Part shown: positions 47,106-57,052 of the stretch, piece after piece
Layout of the letters: each line of letters opens with the position of its first letter
Position numbering within the stretch: the stretch's first letter is position 1
DNA from: Candidatus Actinomarina sp.
GTDB taxonomy: Bacteria > Actinomycetota > Acidimicrobiia > Actinomarinales > Actinomarinaceae
Length of the DNA stretch: 64,000 bases
Assembly (NCBI GenBank): GCA_045563135.1
Contig: JBJKUL010000001.1
Span: 100,731 to 164,730, forward strand
Direction of reading: 5' to 3'
Notes under the pieces: generated by a model
What the model was told of the DNA's origin: nothing
Databases searched by the model: none
What the model saw: only the letters and a program-made list of their open reading frames with translations
Translations under genes and position numbers: made by a program

Positions 47106-48004
47106 CTTTGTACAAACTGAGCAGAGCAGGCTTAGGATTTTCTATTTTATCCATCATTGCAGGAGCAGTTGTAAGAGCTACTGGTTCTGGAAACGGATGT
47201 GGCTCATCTTGGCCAAGTTGTAATGGTCAATTAATACCATCCCTCAATTCCGCATCAGAGCAGATTGAGTTTTCACATAGAGCTATTAGTGGATTATTAC
47301 TTGTTATCACATTAATTATATTCTTAAAATCCTTTAGCTCATCAGTTACTCCGCCGCAAAAAAGGATTATTAATTATCTGACATTTTTTGTATTATTCGA
47401 AGCTCTAATTGGAGCTGTTATAGTTTTGTATGAATGGGTTGGTATGAACAGCTCTACACCTAGGATAGCGGCAGTCCCTCTTCATCTAGTAAATACATTT
47501 GGACTACTTGCTATGTATGCAATCCTCTTCAAGGTATCGAAGAATCCAGAAATCCAAATAAGTGATTGTATTGATAGAAATTTTAAAATTGCAACAGGTT
47601 TATTTATACTTGCTGGAGCAACTGGGTCAATTACAGCACTTGCAGACGTATTATTTCCTAGCGAATCTTTTATAAGTGGTTTGATTGAAGATTTTGACTC
47701 TACATCTGCCTTATTAACAAGGTTGAGGATTACACACCCCCTAGCCTCAACACTCCTATCAATTTTTCTATTTAGCGAATCAAATAGATTTAAAAAGCAA
47801 TATGGCATTAGAACTTTCGAAATAAAAGTTTTAGTTATTTTGGGTGTAGGTTTAGGAGTCTTAAATGTGTTATCAAATATCAACTTATTGTTAAGCATAA
47901 TTCATTTATTAACAGCAGATTTACTTTGGATTACATATATATATAAAACATTAGAAAAAAGTACTAAAGTTCTAGAAATACCAAATAATTCCAGTATCGA
48001 TTAG
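47102..48004 (+). CDS. ctaA: Heme A synthase (CtaA/COX15, type-1 with loop Cys pair)
   Basis: 8-TM protein. The first extracytoplasmic loop carries GNGCGSSWPSCNG, matching the B. subtilis CtaA GCPDWPLCNG motif. Conserved His residues sit in the TM helices. Confidence 0.65.
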   Translation: MTLYKLSRAGLGFSILSIIAGAVVRATGSGNGCGSSWPSCNGQLIPSLNSASEQIEFSHRAISGLLLVITLIIFLKSFSSSVTPPQKRIINYLTFFVLFEALIGAVIVLYEWVGMNSSTPRIAAVPLHLVNTFGLLAMYAILFKVSKNPEIQISDCIDRNFKIATGLFILAGATGSITALADVLFPSESFISGLIEDFDSTSALLTRLRITHPLASTLLSIFLFSESNRFKKQYGIRTFEIKVLVILGVGLGVLNVLSNINLLLSIIHLLTADLLWITYIYKTLEKSTKVLEIPNNSSID

Positions 48005-48074
48005 GTTTATATCAAAAATATGTTTATCCTTACATTTCTGTAACTAGAAATGATAATTAAAGGTCAAATTACTA

Positions 48075-49130
48075 ATGGTAACTAAAACAATACCGGCAAA
48101 GCCAAAAACTTCTAAAATGGAAGAGCAGATTGCTGTTGATGAAGAAAGCTTAACTCCTGAACAAGAAGCCGCGGCAAAAGAGAAAGCTAAATCTTTAGTT
48201 AAAAAGCTTGCAGACGATAAAGGAAAATTAACAACTGATTTAGTTAGTCAATACCTAACAGCAATAGGTAACTTTGATCTATTAACTGCGGAGCAAGAAG
48301 TAGAACTTGCTCAAAAAATTGAATCAGGTGAAAAAGCTTCTATTAAACTTCAAAAAAAGCAATTTAAGGATAAAAAAGGTGAAATAAGACTTAAAAGAGA
48401 CAGGAAAAAAGGTGCTGAAGCCAAAGATGCTTTTTTGACAGCAAACCTTCGACTTGTAGTCGCAAATGCTAGAAGGTATGCAAACACTTCAGGAATTGAT
48501 TTTCTAGATTTAATTCAAGAAGGTAATCTAGGTTTGATTAGAGCTGTGGAAAAATTTGACTGGAGAAAAGGGTTTAAGTTTTCTACTTATGCAACATGGT
48601 GGATTAGACAAGCTATTACAAGAGCGATTGCTGATAAGTCAAGAACCGTTAGAATCCCAGTTCACCTTCATGACACAATGGCAGCAGTCAGGGCAGCACA
48701 GGCTCAACTAAAAGCTGAATTAGGTAGAGATCCAAAACCACAGGAAATTGCGAAAGAAGCTGGAGTAGGTGTTGATAAAGTTGAACTTGCCTTAAGTGTT
48801 GCTGACACAGTTTCTCTTGAGCAACCAGTAGGAGAAGATGGTGCACAATTAGGAGACTTCATTCAAGATGAGGACGCCAGTGACCCATCTCTTATTGTTC
48901 AAGACCTAGATGTTGCTGAAAGTTTAAGAGATAGTATCAGTAGGCTTCCTGAGAGAGAAGGAAGAATTTTAGCTTTAAGATATGGCTTCTATGACGGTGT
49001 ACCCAGAACACTTGAAGAAATTGGTGAAGAGTTTGATTTAACTCGAGAAAGAATTAGGCAGTTAGAAAAATTAGCACTTTGCCGTCTTAGACATCCTTCA
49101 TTTGGAATCAGAGAACAAGACTTAGTTTAA
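48075..49130 (+). CDS. sigA: Principal RNA polymerase sigma factor (RpoD/HrdB-like)
   Basis: Lys/Glu-rich N-terminus and conserved regions 1.2-4.2 ([53 protein letters not shown]). Confidence 0.9.
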   Translation: MVTKTIPAKPKTSKMEEQIAVDEESLTPEQEAAAKEKAKSLVKKLADDKGKLTTDLVSQYLTAIGNFDLLTAEQEVELAQKIESGEKASIKLQKKQFKDKKGEIRLKRDRKKGAEAKDAFLTANLRLVVANARRYANTSGIDFLDLIQEGNLGLIRAVEKFDWRKGFKFSTYATWWIRQAITRAIADKSRTVRIPVHLHDTMAAVRAAQAQLKAELGRDPKPQEIAKEAGVGVDKVELALSVADTVSLEQPVGEDGAQLGDFIQDEDASDPSLIVQDLDVAESLRDSISRLPEREGRILALRYGFYDGVPRTLEEIGEEFDLTRERIRQLEKLALCRLRHPSFGIREQDLV

Positions 49131-49179
49131 ATCACGCAAAGAGTTTCTAAATTTCTCAAACAATTGTTAATCTATAAAC

Positions 49180-50616
49180 ATGTTTGATTTACTCAATATT
49201 GCTATTGATTCTGCAATAAATTCTGGCGCAAGGTATTCAGATGCAAGAATACTGGTCTCGAAGTCTCGAAGTATTGCAGCTAAAAATGGTGAAGTAGAGA
49301 ATTTTAATGAGTCTGAAAAAATTGGACTAGGTATAAGAGCTTTAGTAGGATCTTCATGGGGTTTTTATTCAACTTACAACTTATCAAAAGAATCACTAAT
49401 CTCCTCTGGGAAAAAAGCATTTGAAATAGCAAAAGCCTCCGCAGCTGTCTCAGGGAAAGAAACACCTTTTGCTGATGTTCCTGTAGTAAAAGATGAATAT
49501 ACAACCCCTCATGAAGAGAACCCCTTCAAGGTATCATCAACAGAGCAAATTGATTTATTAGTAAATTCAACAGAACAAATGAAAAAATTTGGTAGTTCAA
49601 GATCATCTGGACGTCTTGATTTTTGGGATACTGAAAAATGGTTTTGCTCAAGTCAAGGCCATGAAATTTTTCAAAATATAATCGAGTCTGGAGGAGGCAT
49701 ATCATCCTTGTCTGTAGGAGATGGCGAAACACAGATAAGGTCTTATCCACAATCCTTTGGAGAATACAGAACTGGCGGATGGGAAGTAGTAAAATCATTT
49801 GAATTTGAAAATCAAACACAGAGATTAGCCGAAGAATCCCAGAGGCTCCTAGTTGCACCTCAATGTCCAGAAGGAACAATGGATCTTATTTTAGAAGGCA
49901 GTCAATTAGCTTTGCAAATTCACGAATCAGTAGGACATGCAATAGAGTTAGATAGAATTCTTGGTTGGGAGGCTGCATACGCTGGTACATCTCATTTAGA
50001 ACTAGATAAATTAAATAAGCATAAATATGGCTCAGAATTAATGAATATAGTTGCGGACGCAACCCTTCCTGGTGCATTAGCAACATTTAAGTATGACGAT
50101 GAAGGAACCCCAGCACAGCGTGTTGACATTGTTAAAGAAGGAATATGGACAGGAGTTTTATCTGGAAGAGACAGTGCAGCAATCGCAGGAGTAAAACCAG
50201 GAGGGATGGTTAGAGCAGACGGTTTTGCAAGGCTGCCAATGGTAAGAATGACTAATGTCGGACTGCTACCAGGCGAATCGTCTTTAGAGGAAATTATTGA
50301 ATCTACAGACAATGGTATTTATATGGAGACAAACAGATCATGGTCAATAGATGATTTGAGATTGAATTTTCAGTTTGGGTGTGAGGTAGGCTGGGTTGTA
50401 AAAAATGGAAAAATAATCGACATGGTTAAGAACCCAACCTATACAGGGATAACACCTGAATTTTGGGGAAACATGGACATGCTTGCTAATGAAGATGAGT
50501 GGGTATTTTGGGGTACTCCAAATTGTGGAAAAGGTCAACCAAGTCAAATTGGTCACACTGGACACCCTGCTTCACCTGCCAGATTCAAAAATACAAGAAT
50601 TGGAGTTAGAGGTTGA
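49180..50616 (+). CDS. tldD: TldD-family metalloprotease
   Basis: 478 aa with an HESVGHAIELD zinc-binding motif. It is followed by a PmbA paralogue. Confidence 0.8.
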   Translation: MFDLLNIAIDSAINSGARYSDARILVSKSRSIAAKNGEVENFNESEKIGLGIRALVGSSWGFYSTYNLSKESLISSGKKAFEIAKASAAVSGKETPFADVPVVKDEYTTPHEENPFKVSSTEQIDLLVNSTEQMKKFGSSRSSGRLDFWDTEKWFCSSQGHEIFQNIIESGGGISSLSVGDGETQIRSYPQSFGEYRTGGWEVVKSFEFENQTQRLAEESQRLLVAPQCPEGTMDLILEGSQLALQIHESVGHAIELDRILGWEAAYAGTSHLELDKLNKHKYGSELMNIVADATLPGALATFKYDDEGTPAQRVDIVKEGIWTGVLSGRDSAAIAGVKPGGMVRADGFARLPMVRMTNVGLLPGESSLEEIIESTDNGIYMETNRSWSIDDLRLNFQFGCEVGWVVKNGKIIDMVKNPTYTGITPEFWGNMDMLANEDEWVFWGTPNCGKGQPSQIGHTGHPASPARFKNTRIGVRG

Positions 50617-51938
50617 ACACCTGGTCAGAGCTGCTCGAAGATTTACAGAAACATATTCCAAGTAGTGTTGAATGTGAAATAAAGATGATGCACTCTAAAA
50701 GTGCATTAACTAGGTTCGCAAATTCACATATACATCAGAATGTTGATGAGGAGTCTGCAGATATTTTTTTGACAATACATAAAGACGGTAAAACTATTTC
50801 TAGGTCAAAAAATATTACAGCTATTAAGAATTCAAAAGATTTTGTAAAAGAAGCTCTCGACTCATTAGAGAAAAGTCCTAAAGATACAACTTGGGCAGGA
50901 CTTACCGGTAAAACAGAATCGTATGAAGGTTTTCAAAAAAAGCGTGAATCAAGCCCTGAGGAAAGAGCAAATTTAGTAAGAGATTTTGTTGACGAAGGAA
51001 AAGAAATGAACGCTGCAGGATATTGTTCAACATATTTAAATAATTTCTTTATTTGGAATTCAAATGGGCTAAATTCATCCGACACCTCATCAAGTGCATT
51101 TATTGATGGAATATTTAGAACTAATACTTCCGCTGGTTCATCTCACAGGGGAGCTGTAAATATAAATAATTTAGATGCCTCAGAAACAGGAAAGGAGGCA
51201 GCAAAGTTAGCGGTTGACAGTCAAAACCCAGTAGATATTGATCCTGGAAAGTATGAAGTAATCCTTGGCCATGAAGCCGTAAGCACTATATTGGTTTTCC
51301 TGTCCGTTTATGGGTTTAATGCAAAAAGTAAGATTGATGGGATGAGTCCGATTTTACTAAATCAAAATCAATTTGATGAAAAAATTAATTTATTTGATAC
51401 ACCTGAAGATGAAGAATCCATTGGTTTTAAAATTGATGCATCTGGGGCAAAGAAATATAATTTAGAAATTATTAAAAATGGAGTGCCAAATACTTATTTT
51501 CATACCAGAAGGACATCTAAAGAATTAAATATGGAAAATACTCACCATGAATTTTTTGGAGTTGATGACTATTTTGGAGGGATAGGTACGAACTTGAGCC
51601 TTAATAAAGGCAATGCAAGTGAAAAAGATATGATTTCTAGTGTTAAGAAAGGAATTTATATCAACGAATTTTGGTATTGCAGAGTACTAGACCCAATAAC
51701 ACAGGTTGTAACAGGCTTAAATAGGAATGGCTCATTTTTAATTGAAAATGGAAAAATTACAAAACCAATTGGTCGACTTAGATTCACCCAAAGTTTTATA
51801 ACTTCTTTAAGTCAGGGAAATGTCATTTCAGTAGGAGATACATCCAGATATGCTGACTCTGAATTTGGAGAAGGGATGTTAAAAGTTCCAAAATTACATC
51901 TAAAAGAATTTAATTTTACAGGTGGTGTCTCTGGTTAA
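50613..51938 (+). CDS. pmbA: PmbA/TldE-family protein (TldD partner)
   Basis: 441 aa of the TldD/PmbA fold, lacking the HExxxH motif. It overlaps tldD by 4 nt. Confidence 0.7.
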   Translation: MNTWSELLEDLQKHIPSSVECEIKMMHSKSALTRFANSHIHQNVDEESADIFLTIHKDGKTISRSKNITAIKNSKDFVKEALDSLEKSPKDTTWAGLTGKTESYEGFQKKRESSPEERANLVRDFVDEGKEMNAAGYCSTYLNNFFIWNSNGLNSSDTSSSAFIDGIFRTNTSAGSSHRGAVNINNLDASETGKEAAKLAVDSQNPVDIDPGKYEVILGHEAVSTILVFLSVYGFNAKSKIDGMSPILLNQNQFDEKINLFDTPEDEESIGFKIDASGAKKYNLEIIKNGVPNTYFHTRRTSKELNMENTHHEFFGVDDYFGGIGTNLSLNKGNASEKDMISSVKKGIYINEFWYCRVLDPITQVVTGLNRNGSFLIENGKITKPIGRLRFTQSFITSLSQGNVISVGDTSRYADSEFGEGMLKVPKLHLKEFNFTGGVSG

Positions 51939-52704
51939 TTTTGAATATTTTGAGGGAATTAAACCCTTAATAATCCCTCACAGAGGTGGTTCAAATATTG
52001 TGCCAGAAAATACAAAACACGGACTTGAATTTGTAACAGAAGAAGGTTTCACACATTTTGAAACTGATCTAAGAATGTCTAAAGATGGAGAAATATTCCT
52101 TCATCATGATGACTCCTTTGATCGAACAACTGATGTTAAAGGTAAGGTAAGAGATTTTAATTGGAACGACATCATGAAAATAAATGCAGGATTCAAGTTT
52201 TATAAGAAAAAAGGTTTACATAACATGCAAACAAATTTTATTCGATTAGCAGATGCTCTTGAGTTCAATAAAGATTTGAAATTTAATTTAGATTTGAAAC
52301 AATCTGGTATGGCCACACATGTTGCTGAAATTATATTCTCTCTTAAAGCAGAAAAAAGAGTTTTAGTATCTTCATTTAGCCCAAGAAGACTTGATGAATT
52401 TATAAATGTAACCAAAGGAAAAATTTTATCATCTGGAACTTTTAGAGAAAATGCCATTGCGAAGTTTTTACCAAAGAAAGCCAGGAGTCTTAAAGTTCAA
52501 GCTCTACAATCTCCGTATACTTGGAGAGGGCTACAGATTCATTCAAAAAAATTAAGGGAATTTTGTAAGCTAAACAATCTTCAACTTCATATATGGACAG
52601 TAAACACAGTAGAAAAATTTCAACATTGCCTTGATATCGGTTGTGATGGGGTCATAACAGATGAGCCGGTGATGCTTAGAAATTATCTAAATTCAAAAAG
52701 TTAA
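51922..52704 (+). CDS. Glycerophosphodiester phosphodiesterase
   Basis: IIPHRGGSNIVPENT ... ETDLRMSKDGEIFLHHDDSFDRTT, the GDPD catalytic motifs. Confidence 0.8.
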   Translation: MVSLVNFEYFEGIKPLIIPHRGGSNIVPENTKHGLEFVTEEGFTHFETDLRMSKDGEIFLHHDDSFDRTTDVKGKVRDFNWNDIMKINAGFKFYKKKGLHNMQTNFIRLADALEFNKDLKFNLDLKQSGMATHVAEIIFSLKAEKRVLVSSFSPRRLDEFINVTKGKILSSGTFRENAIAKFLPKKARSLKVQALQSPYTWRGLQIHSKKLREFCKLNNLQLHIWTVNTVEKFQHCLDIGCDGVITDEPVMLRNYLNSKS

Positions 52705-54194
52705 ATCGTATTATTTTTTATAAATTTCTTTGCTTCTGAAAATATATGTTTTTTTCTGTCTGGGTCAAGTTTATCCAATGAACGAGTCAAAAGTGACAAT
52801 CTGGGATTTGATTGATAAAATTTTCTATTTTTTTCTGTAAAGCTCCAGTAAAGACCATCTAATGTATCGCACCATTCACCTCTTTTGTAATTACTCATCT
52901 TAAGAATATAGTTTGAACCACAAGTATAGGGTTTTGTTGACATCAGCCCACCGTCTGCATAGGTGGCCATACCGAATACATTCGGAACCATAACCCACTC
53001 TGAGGAATCAATATACATTTCCATGAACCACTTGTATATTTCTTTAGGGTCTACGCCGCAAAGATTCATAATATTGCTTATAACCATAAGTCTTGGGATA
53101 TGGTGTATGTACCCATCTTTGAGTGTGGTTTTAATACAATCATCAAGTGGGGCAATTCCTGTTGTTCCGTCATACCAGGACGAGCTAAGCTTTTTTTTAT
53201 TACCCCAGTAGTTGCTTTTTAGCTGATTTAGCCCCTCTTCTTGATATATGCCCCTAACAAATTCTCTCCATCCAATAATTTGACGAATAAAACCTTCTAG
53301 TGAATTTAATGGAATTGAGTTTTTATCAGAATAAAGAACAGCTTTATCGATGACTTCTTTTGGAGTAATTAAACCAATATTTAGAAAAGGACTGATACAG
53401 CTGTGGAATAAAAAGTTTTGGTCTTGTTGCATTGCATCTTCATATCTTCCAAAATTTTCAAACCTAATTTTTAAAAATTCATCCAATTGTTTTATTGCAC
53501 CTTGTCGAGTTACAGGAAACCATATTTTTTCTAAACCACCTGGATGATCATTAAACTTGGTGGTTATTAATTGAACAATACTGTCGTGATGAGTTGATAT
53601 TTCAGGCTGGGATAATTCAGGAATAACTGTATTTTTAGGAATTTTTTTTCTATTTTCTTCATCAAATGACCATTTCCCCCCTACAGGCTTATTTTCCTCG
53701 TCCATCAATAGTCCAAGTTCTTTTCTAGCTTTTTGATAAAAAGATGCCATCCTATATACTTTTTTCCCCTTAGCCATAGCTTTAAAATTATCTCTACCAA
53801 ATATGAACATAGGAGTTTGATGTATTTCAATTTCGATATCAGCCTTTGAGAGAGTTTCAATAAAAATTTTTTCAAAAGACTTATCTTCAATTTCAAAAAT
53901 GTTTATTTGTTTAATATTTTTTGAAATAAGAAATTTAAGTAAAAAAGATACATAATCATCCGAGTCATTTCTTTCATCCAGTTTGTGGTATTCAGTTTTT
54001 ATGGATTTTTTTATGAGTAAATCGTTATATTCTCTCATTGCAGTAAGAAATAAGTAAATTTTGGATTTGTGATATTTAAAAGTAGTGCATAATCCTTGAT
54101 CTTCAGCCATAAATACTTCTTGGCAACCCTTTTGAACCAAATAGTCTGGTTCAAATAGCTGATTTCCCAGTATTACAAAAAAATTACTCTGCAT
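52701..54194 (-). CDS. Cryptochrome/photolyase-family protein (photolyase-related, COG3046/FeS-BCP-like)
   Basis: 497 aa with an N-terminal photolyase alpha/beta domain and a C-terminal FAD-binding helical domain. A C-terminal Cys-containing tail (YTCGSNYILKMSNYKRGEWC) is typical of the photolyase-related family. Confidence 0.6.
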   Translation of the reverse strand: MQSNFFVILGNQLFEPDYLVQKGCQEVFMAEDQGLCTTFKYHKSKIYLFLTAMREYNDLLIKKSIKTEYHKLDERNDSDDYVSFLLKFLISKNIKQINIFEIEDKSFEKIFIETLSKADIEIEIHQTPMFIFGRDNFKAMAKGKKVYRMASFYQKARKELGLLMDEENKPVGGKWSFDEENRKKIPKNTVIPELSQPEISTHHDSIVQLITTKFNDHPGGLEKIWFPVTRQGAIKQLDEFLKIRFENFGRYEDAMQQDQNFLFHSCISPFLNIGLITPKEVIDKAVLYSDKNSIPLNSLEGFIRQIIGWREFVRGIYQEEGLNQLKSNYWGNKKKLSSSWYDGTTGIAPLDDCIKTTLKDGYIHHIPRLMVISNIMNLCGVDPKEIYKWFMEMYIDSSEWVMVPNVFGMATYADGGLMSTKPYTCGSNYILKMSNYKRGEWCDTLDGLYWSFTEKNRKFYQSNPRLSLLTRSLDKLDPDRKKHIFSEAKKFIKNNTI

Positions 54195-54262
54195 CTATCT
54201 ATAACTTAGTTAACATTAAAAATAATAAGAAAGTACATTTCGAAGTAAACATAGGGGGAAAG

Positions 54263-55381
54263 ATGAACTTAGAGTTACTGAATCACGGATTTATTCCAGA
54301 AGAAATTTGCTATAAGCTCCCCGAAACATTCTCAGATGTTGAGAAGTTAGCACTCGAATTACCTAAAGTCCTTGCTAATGAACAAATTGAAGCCAGAGTT
54401 TTAAAACTTGAGGCTGAAAAAGATGTTGATACCTTAACAGGACCTCAATTAGAGAGGGCAATGCTTATCTACTCATATATTGGTCATGCTTTCATGTGGG
54501 GAAAAAGTAATGATAAAAATCTAATACCACTTCAGATTGCTAAAACATGGCATAAAATTTCTATCAAATTAGAAAGACCTCCAATTCTTTCTTATGCATC
54601 CTACGCACTTAACAATTGGAAAATGTTAGATTCTTCACAACCGTTTGATCTAGAAAATATAGTTATAGTTCAGAATTTCTTGGGAGGGGTCGATGAGGAT
54701 TGGTTTATCATGATTCATGTGGCCATAGAATATGAGGCAAAAGAAATATTATCCTCCCTTAATAAATATTTTTTTGATTCAGGTGATGCATCAAATCTTG
54801 AGGACGCTTTAAAAAGTATAAAAAAAATAAACCATATTATGAATCGAATGCCTGAAAAGTGTGATCCGTTTATTTACTACAATCGTGTAAGACCTTATAT
54901 TTTTGGATGGAAGAATAATCCAACAACACCAGAAGGAGTTGTTTACGAAGGAGTTGAGGAATATGATGGAAAACCTCAGATATTTAGAGGTGAGACAGGA
55001 GCTCAAAGTTCAATTGTCCCTATGTTAGATGCCTTATTAGGAGTAACTCACTCTGATGATCCATTGAAAGAATATTTAGATGAAATGAGGCTATATATGC
55101 CAAAGGAACACAGAGACTTACTAAATAATCTAGATGCCTGGTCACAAACTGAGAGAAGTGTAGTCGTTGAATCAAAAGACAGTAAGGATAAAAATTTAAT
55201 TGATGAAATTATTAAAGAGGTACATGTTTTTAGAAACAAGCATTTGGAGTATGCAAGAATTTACATATATGAACAGTCGTTAACTAATGACTCTAATTCA
55301 AATATTGTGGGAACTGGTGGTACGCCATTTATGAAATATCTTGATAAACACCTTCAGGAAACAGTCCCTTCAAATGATTAA
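54263..55381 (+). CDS. Indoleamine 2,3-dioxygenase-like heme dioxygenase
   Basis: FRGETGAQSSIVPMLDALLGV matches the IDO signature GGSAGQSSxxQxxDxLLG. The length (372 aa) and all-helical composition are consistent. Confidence 0.55.
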   Translation: MNLELLNHGFIPEEICYKLPETFSDVEKLALELPKVLANEQIEARVLKLEAEKDVDTLTGPQLERAMLIYSYIGHAFMWGKSNDKNLIPLQIAKTWHKISIKLERPPILSYASYALNNWKMLDSSQPFDLENIVIVQNFLGGVDEDWFIMIHVAIEYEAKEILSSLNKYFFDSGDASNLEDALKSIKKINHIMNRMPEKCDPFIYYNRVRPYIFGWKNNPTTPEGVVYEGVEEYDGKPQIFRGETGAQSSIVPMLDALLGVTHSDDPLKEYLDEMRLYMPKEHRDLLNNLDAWSQTERSVVVESKDSKDKNLIDEIIKEVHVFRNKHLEYARIYIYEQSLTNDSNSNIVGTGGTPFMKYLDKHLQETVPSND

Positions 55382-56477
55382 AAAACTCGGGATACCAAAA
55401 GAAGTAAAAAAAGATGAAGGAAGAGTTAGTTTAATTCCTGAACATATAACTCAATTTACTGGTTTAGCTGATATTTTCGTTGAAACAAATGCTGGGCTTG
55501 GTTCAGGTTTCACCGATGAAGATTATGAATCTGCAGGAGCAAAAATTGTACCCAATGCACAAGAGTTGTACGGTGTGTCAGAAATTATTTGTAAGGTAAA
55601 AGAACCTCAGGAACAAGAGTTTGAGTTACTTAGGTCTTCTCATGTGATATTTGGCTATCTTCATTTGGCCTCAAATCTTTCATTAACAAAAATGTTATTA
55701 GAAAAAAAGCTTACAGCTATTGCAACTGAAATGATTATGGATGAAAACGAGTATCCACTCTTAATCCCAATGTCAAAAATTGCTGGCAATCTGGCTATCC
55801 AAAAAGGTATGCAATTTTTAGAGTATTCCTCTGAAGGTAAGGGCTTGCTTTTATCTTCAATTTCAGATGAAAGGAATTCAAAAGTTACAGTCATTGGTTG
55901 TGGAGAAGTAGGCAGAAGTTCTATTCATAAGTCTATTCAAATTGGTGCATCAGTGACAGCAATTGATTTAGATGAGAATATTTTGAGTGAGTTAAAAAAT
56001 AAATATGGTGAAAATATTTCTACACATATAAGTGGAAGTGATGAAGCAACTGAGGCAATCAGATCTGCAGATTTGGTAGTTGGTGCAGTTCTATTACCCG
56101 GCAGGAAGCCACCTATTGTAATCACACAAGATGATATCGAGCAAATGGAAAAAGGTTCAGTAATTGTAGATGTAGCTATCGACCAAGGTGGCTGTGTTGA
56201 AGGTGTAACTGCAAACACACATAGTGAACCATTTGAAATAAGAAATGGTGTAATCATATCTGCTATTGCAAACCTTCCAGGTGCGGTACCTAAAACTTCA
56301 TCAATTGAGTTATCTACAAATATGCAAAAATATGTAGACAATCTCTTAATTGATAACTGGTTTAGCGAATATAGTAAAAATGAGAATCTAAAACCTTCTT
56401 TACAGATACACAATGGTCTTTTACTTTCAGAGGAAGTTGCTGAAAGCCTAAGTTTATCTTTGTCTAAGCTAGTTTAG
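55374..56477 (+). CDS. Alanine dehydrogenase/PNT-family NAD(P) oxidoreductase (alanine dehydrogenase-like)
   Basis: The start is taken at ATG 55374, which overlaps the IDO-like stop (AATGATTAA). The N-terminal KKLGIPKEVKKDEGRVSLIPE is the AlaDH/PNT N-domain, followed by a Rossmann VIGCGEVG. Confidence 0.7.
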   Translation: MIKKLGIPKEVKKDEGRVSLIPEHITQFTGLADIFVETNAGLGSGFTDEDYESAGAKIVPNAQELYGVSEIICKVKEPQEQEFELLRSSHVIFGYLHLASNLSLTKMLLEKKLTAIATEMIMDENEYPLLIPMSKIAGNLAIQKGMQFLEYSSEGKGLLLSSISDERNSKVTVIGCGEVGRSSIHKSIQIGASVTAIDLDENILSELKNKYGENISTHISGSDEATEAIRSADLVVGAVLLPGRKPPIVITQDDIEQMEKGSVIVDVAIDQGGCVEGVTANTHSEPFEIRNGVIISAIANLPGAVPKTSSIELSTNMQKYVDNLLIDNWFSEYSKNENLKPSLQIHNGLLLSEEVAESLSLSLSKLV

Positions 56478-57051
56478 GCTTCCACTGCTTTCTTGATTTA
56501 CTGAAGCTTTCTATTTGATCCACGTATTCAAGAGTTATGTCAATTTTGTCTAAACCTTCGATGATTCTTTTTTGAGAAAAATTATCTAGGTCAAATGAGA
56601 AACTAATATCTTCACAGACAACAGTCTTGTCTTCAACTGAAATTTTTATTAGTGTTTTTTGATTTTCATGGATTTTGTTGAACAATTTTTCTATATTTTC
56701 TTGATTAGTCTCAATAGGCAAAAGACCAATATTTATTGAATTTAATCTAAAAATATCAGCAAATTTAGTTGAGATAATTGCATCAAAGCCCCAATCTTGC
56801 AGACCCCAGGGGGCATGTTCCCTAGATGAACCTGTCCCAAAATTATCTCCAGCTACTAAAACCTTTGCACCCTTATATATGTCATTATTTAATGGAAAAT
56901 CAGGATCTTTCTTCCAATCGTAAAATAAATATTCCCCATAGCCAGTGCGCTCAACACGCTTAAGGAATTGTTTCGGCATAATTTGATCTGTATCAACATT
57001 AGACATATTCAGGGGGAGCATATTTGATTCTATTATTTTCAGTTTTTTCAT
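56464..57051 (-). CDS. leuD: 3-isopropylmalate dehydratase small subunit
   Basis: 195-aa aconitase swivel domain directly downstream of leuC. Confidence 0.85.
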   Translation of the reverse strand: MKKLKIIESNMLPLNMSNVDTDQIMPKQFLKRVERTGYGEYLFYDWKKDPDFPLNNDIYKGAKVLVAGDNFGTGSSREHAPWGLQDWGFDAIISTKFADIFRLNSINIGLLPIETNQENIEKLFNKIHENQKTLIKISVEDKTVVCEDISFSFDLDNFSQKRIIEGLDKIDITLEYVDQIESFSKSRKQWKPKLA

Positions 57052-57052
57052 T

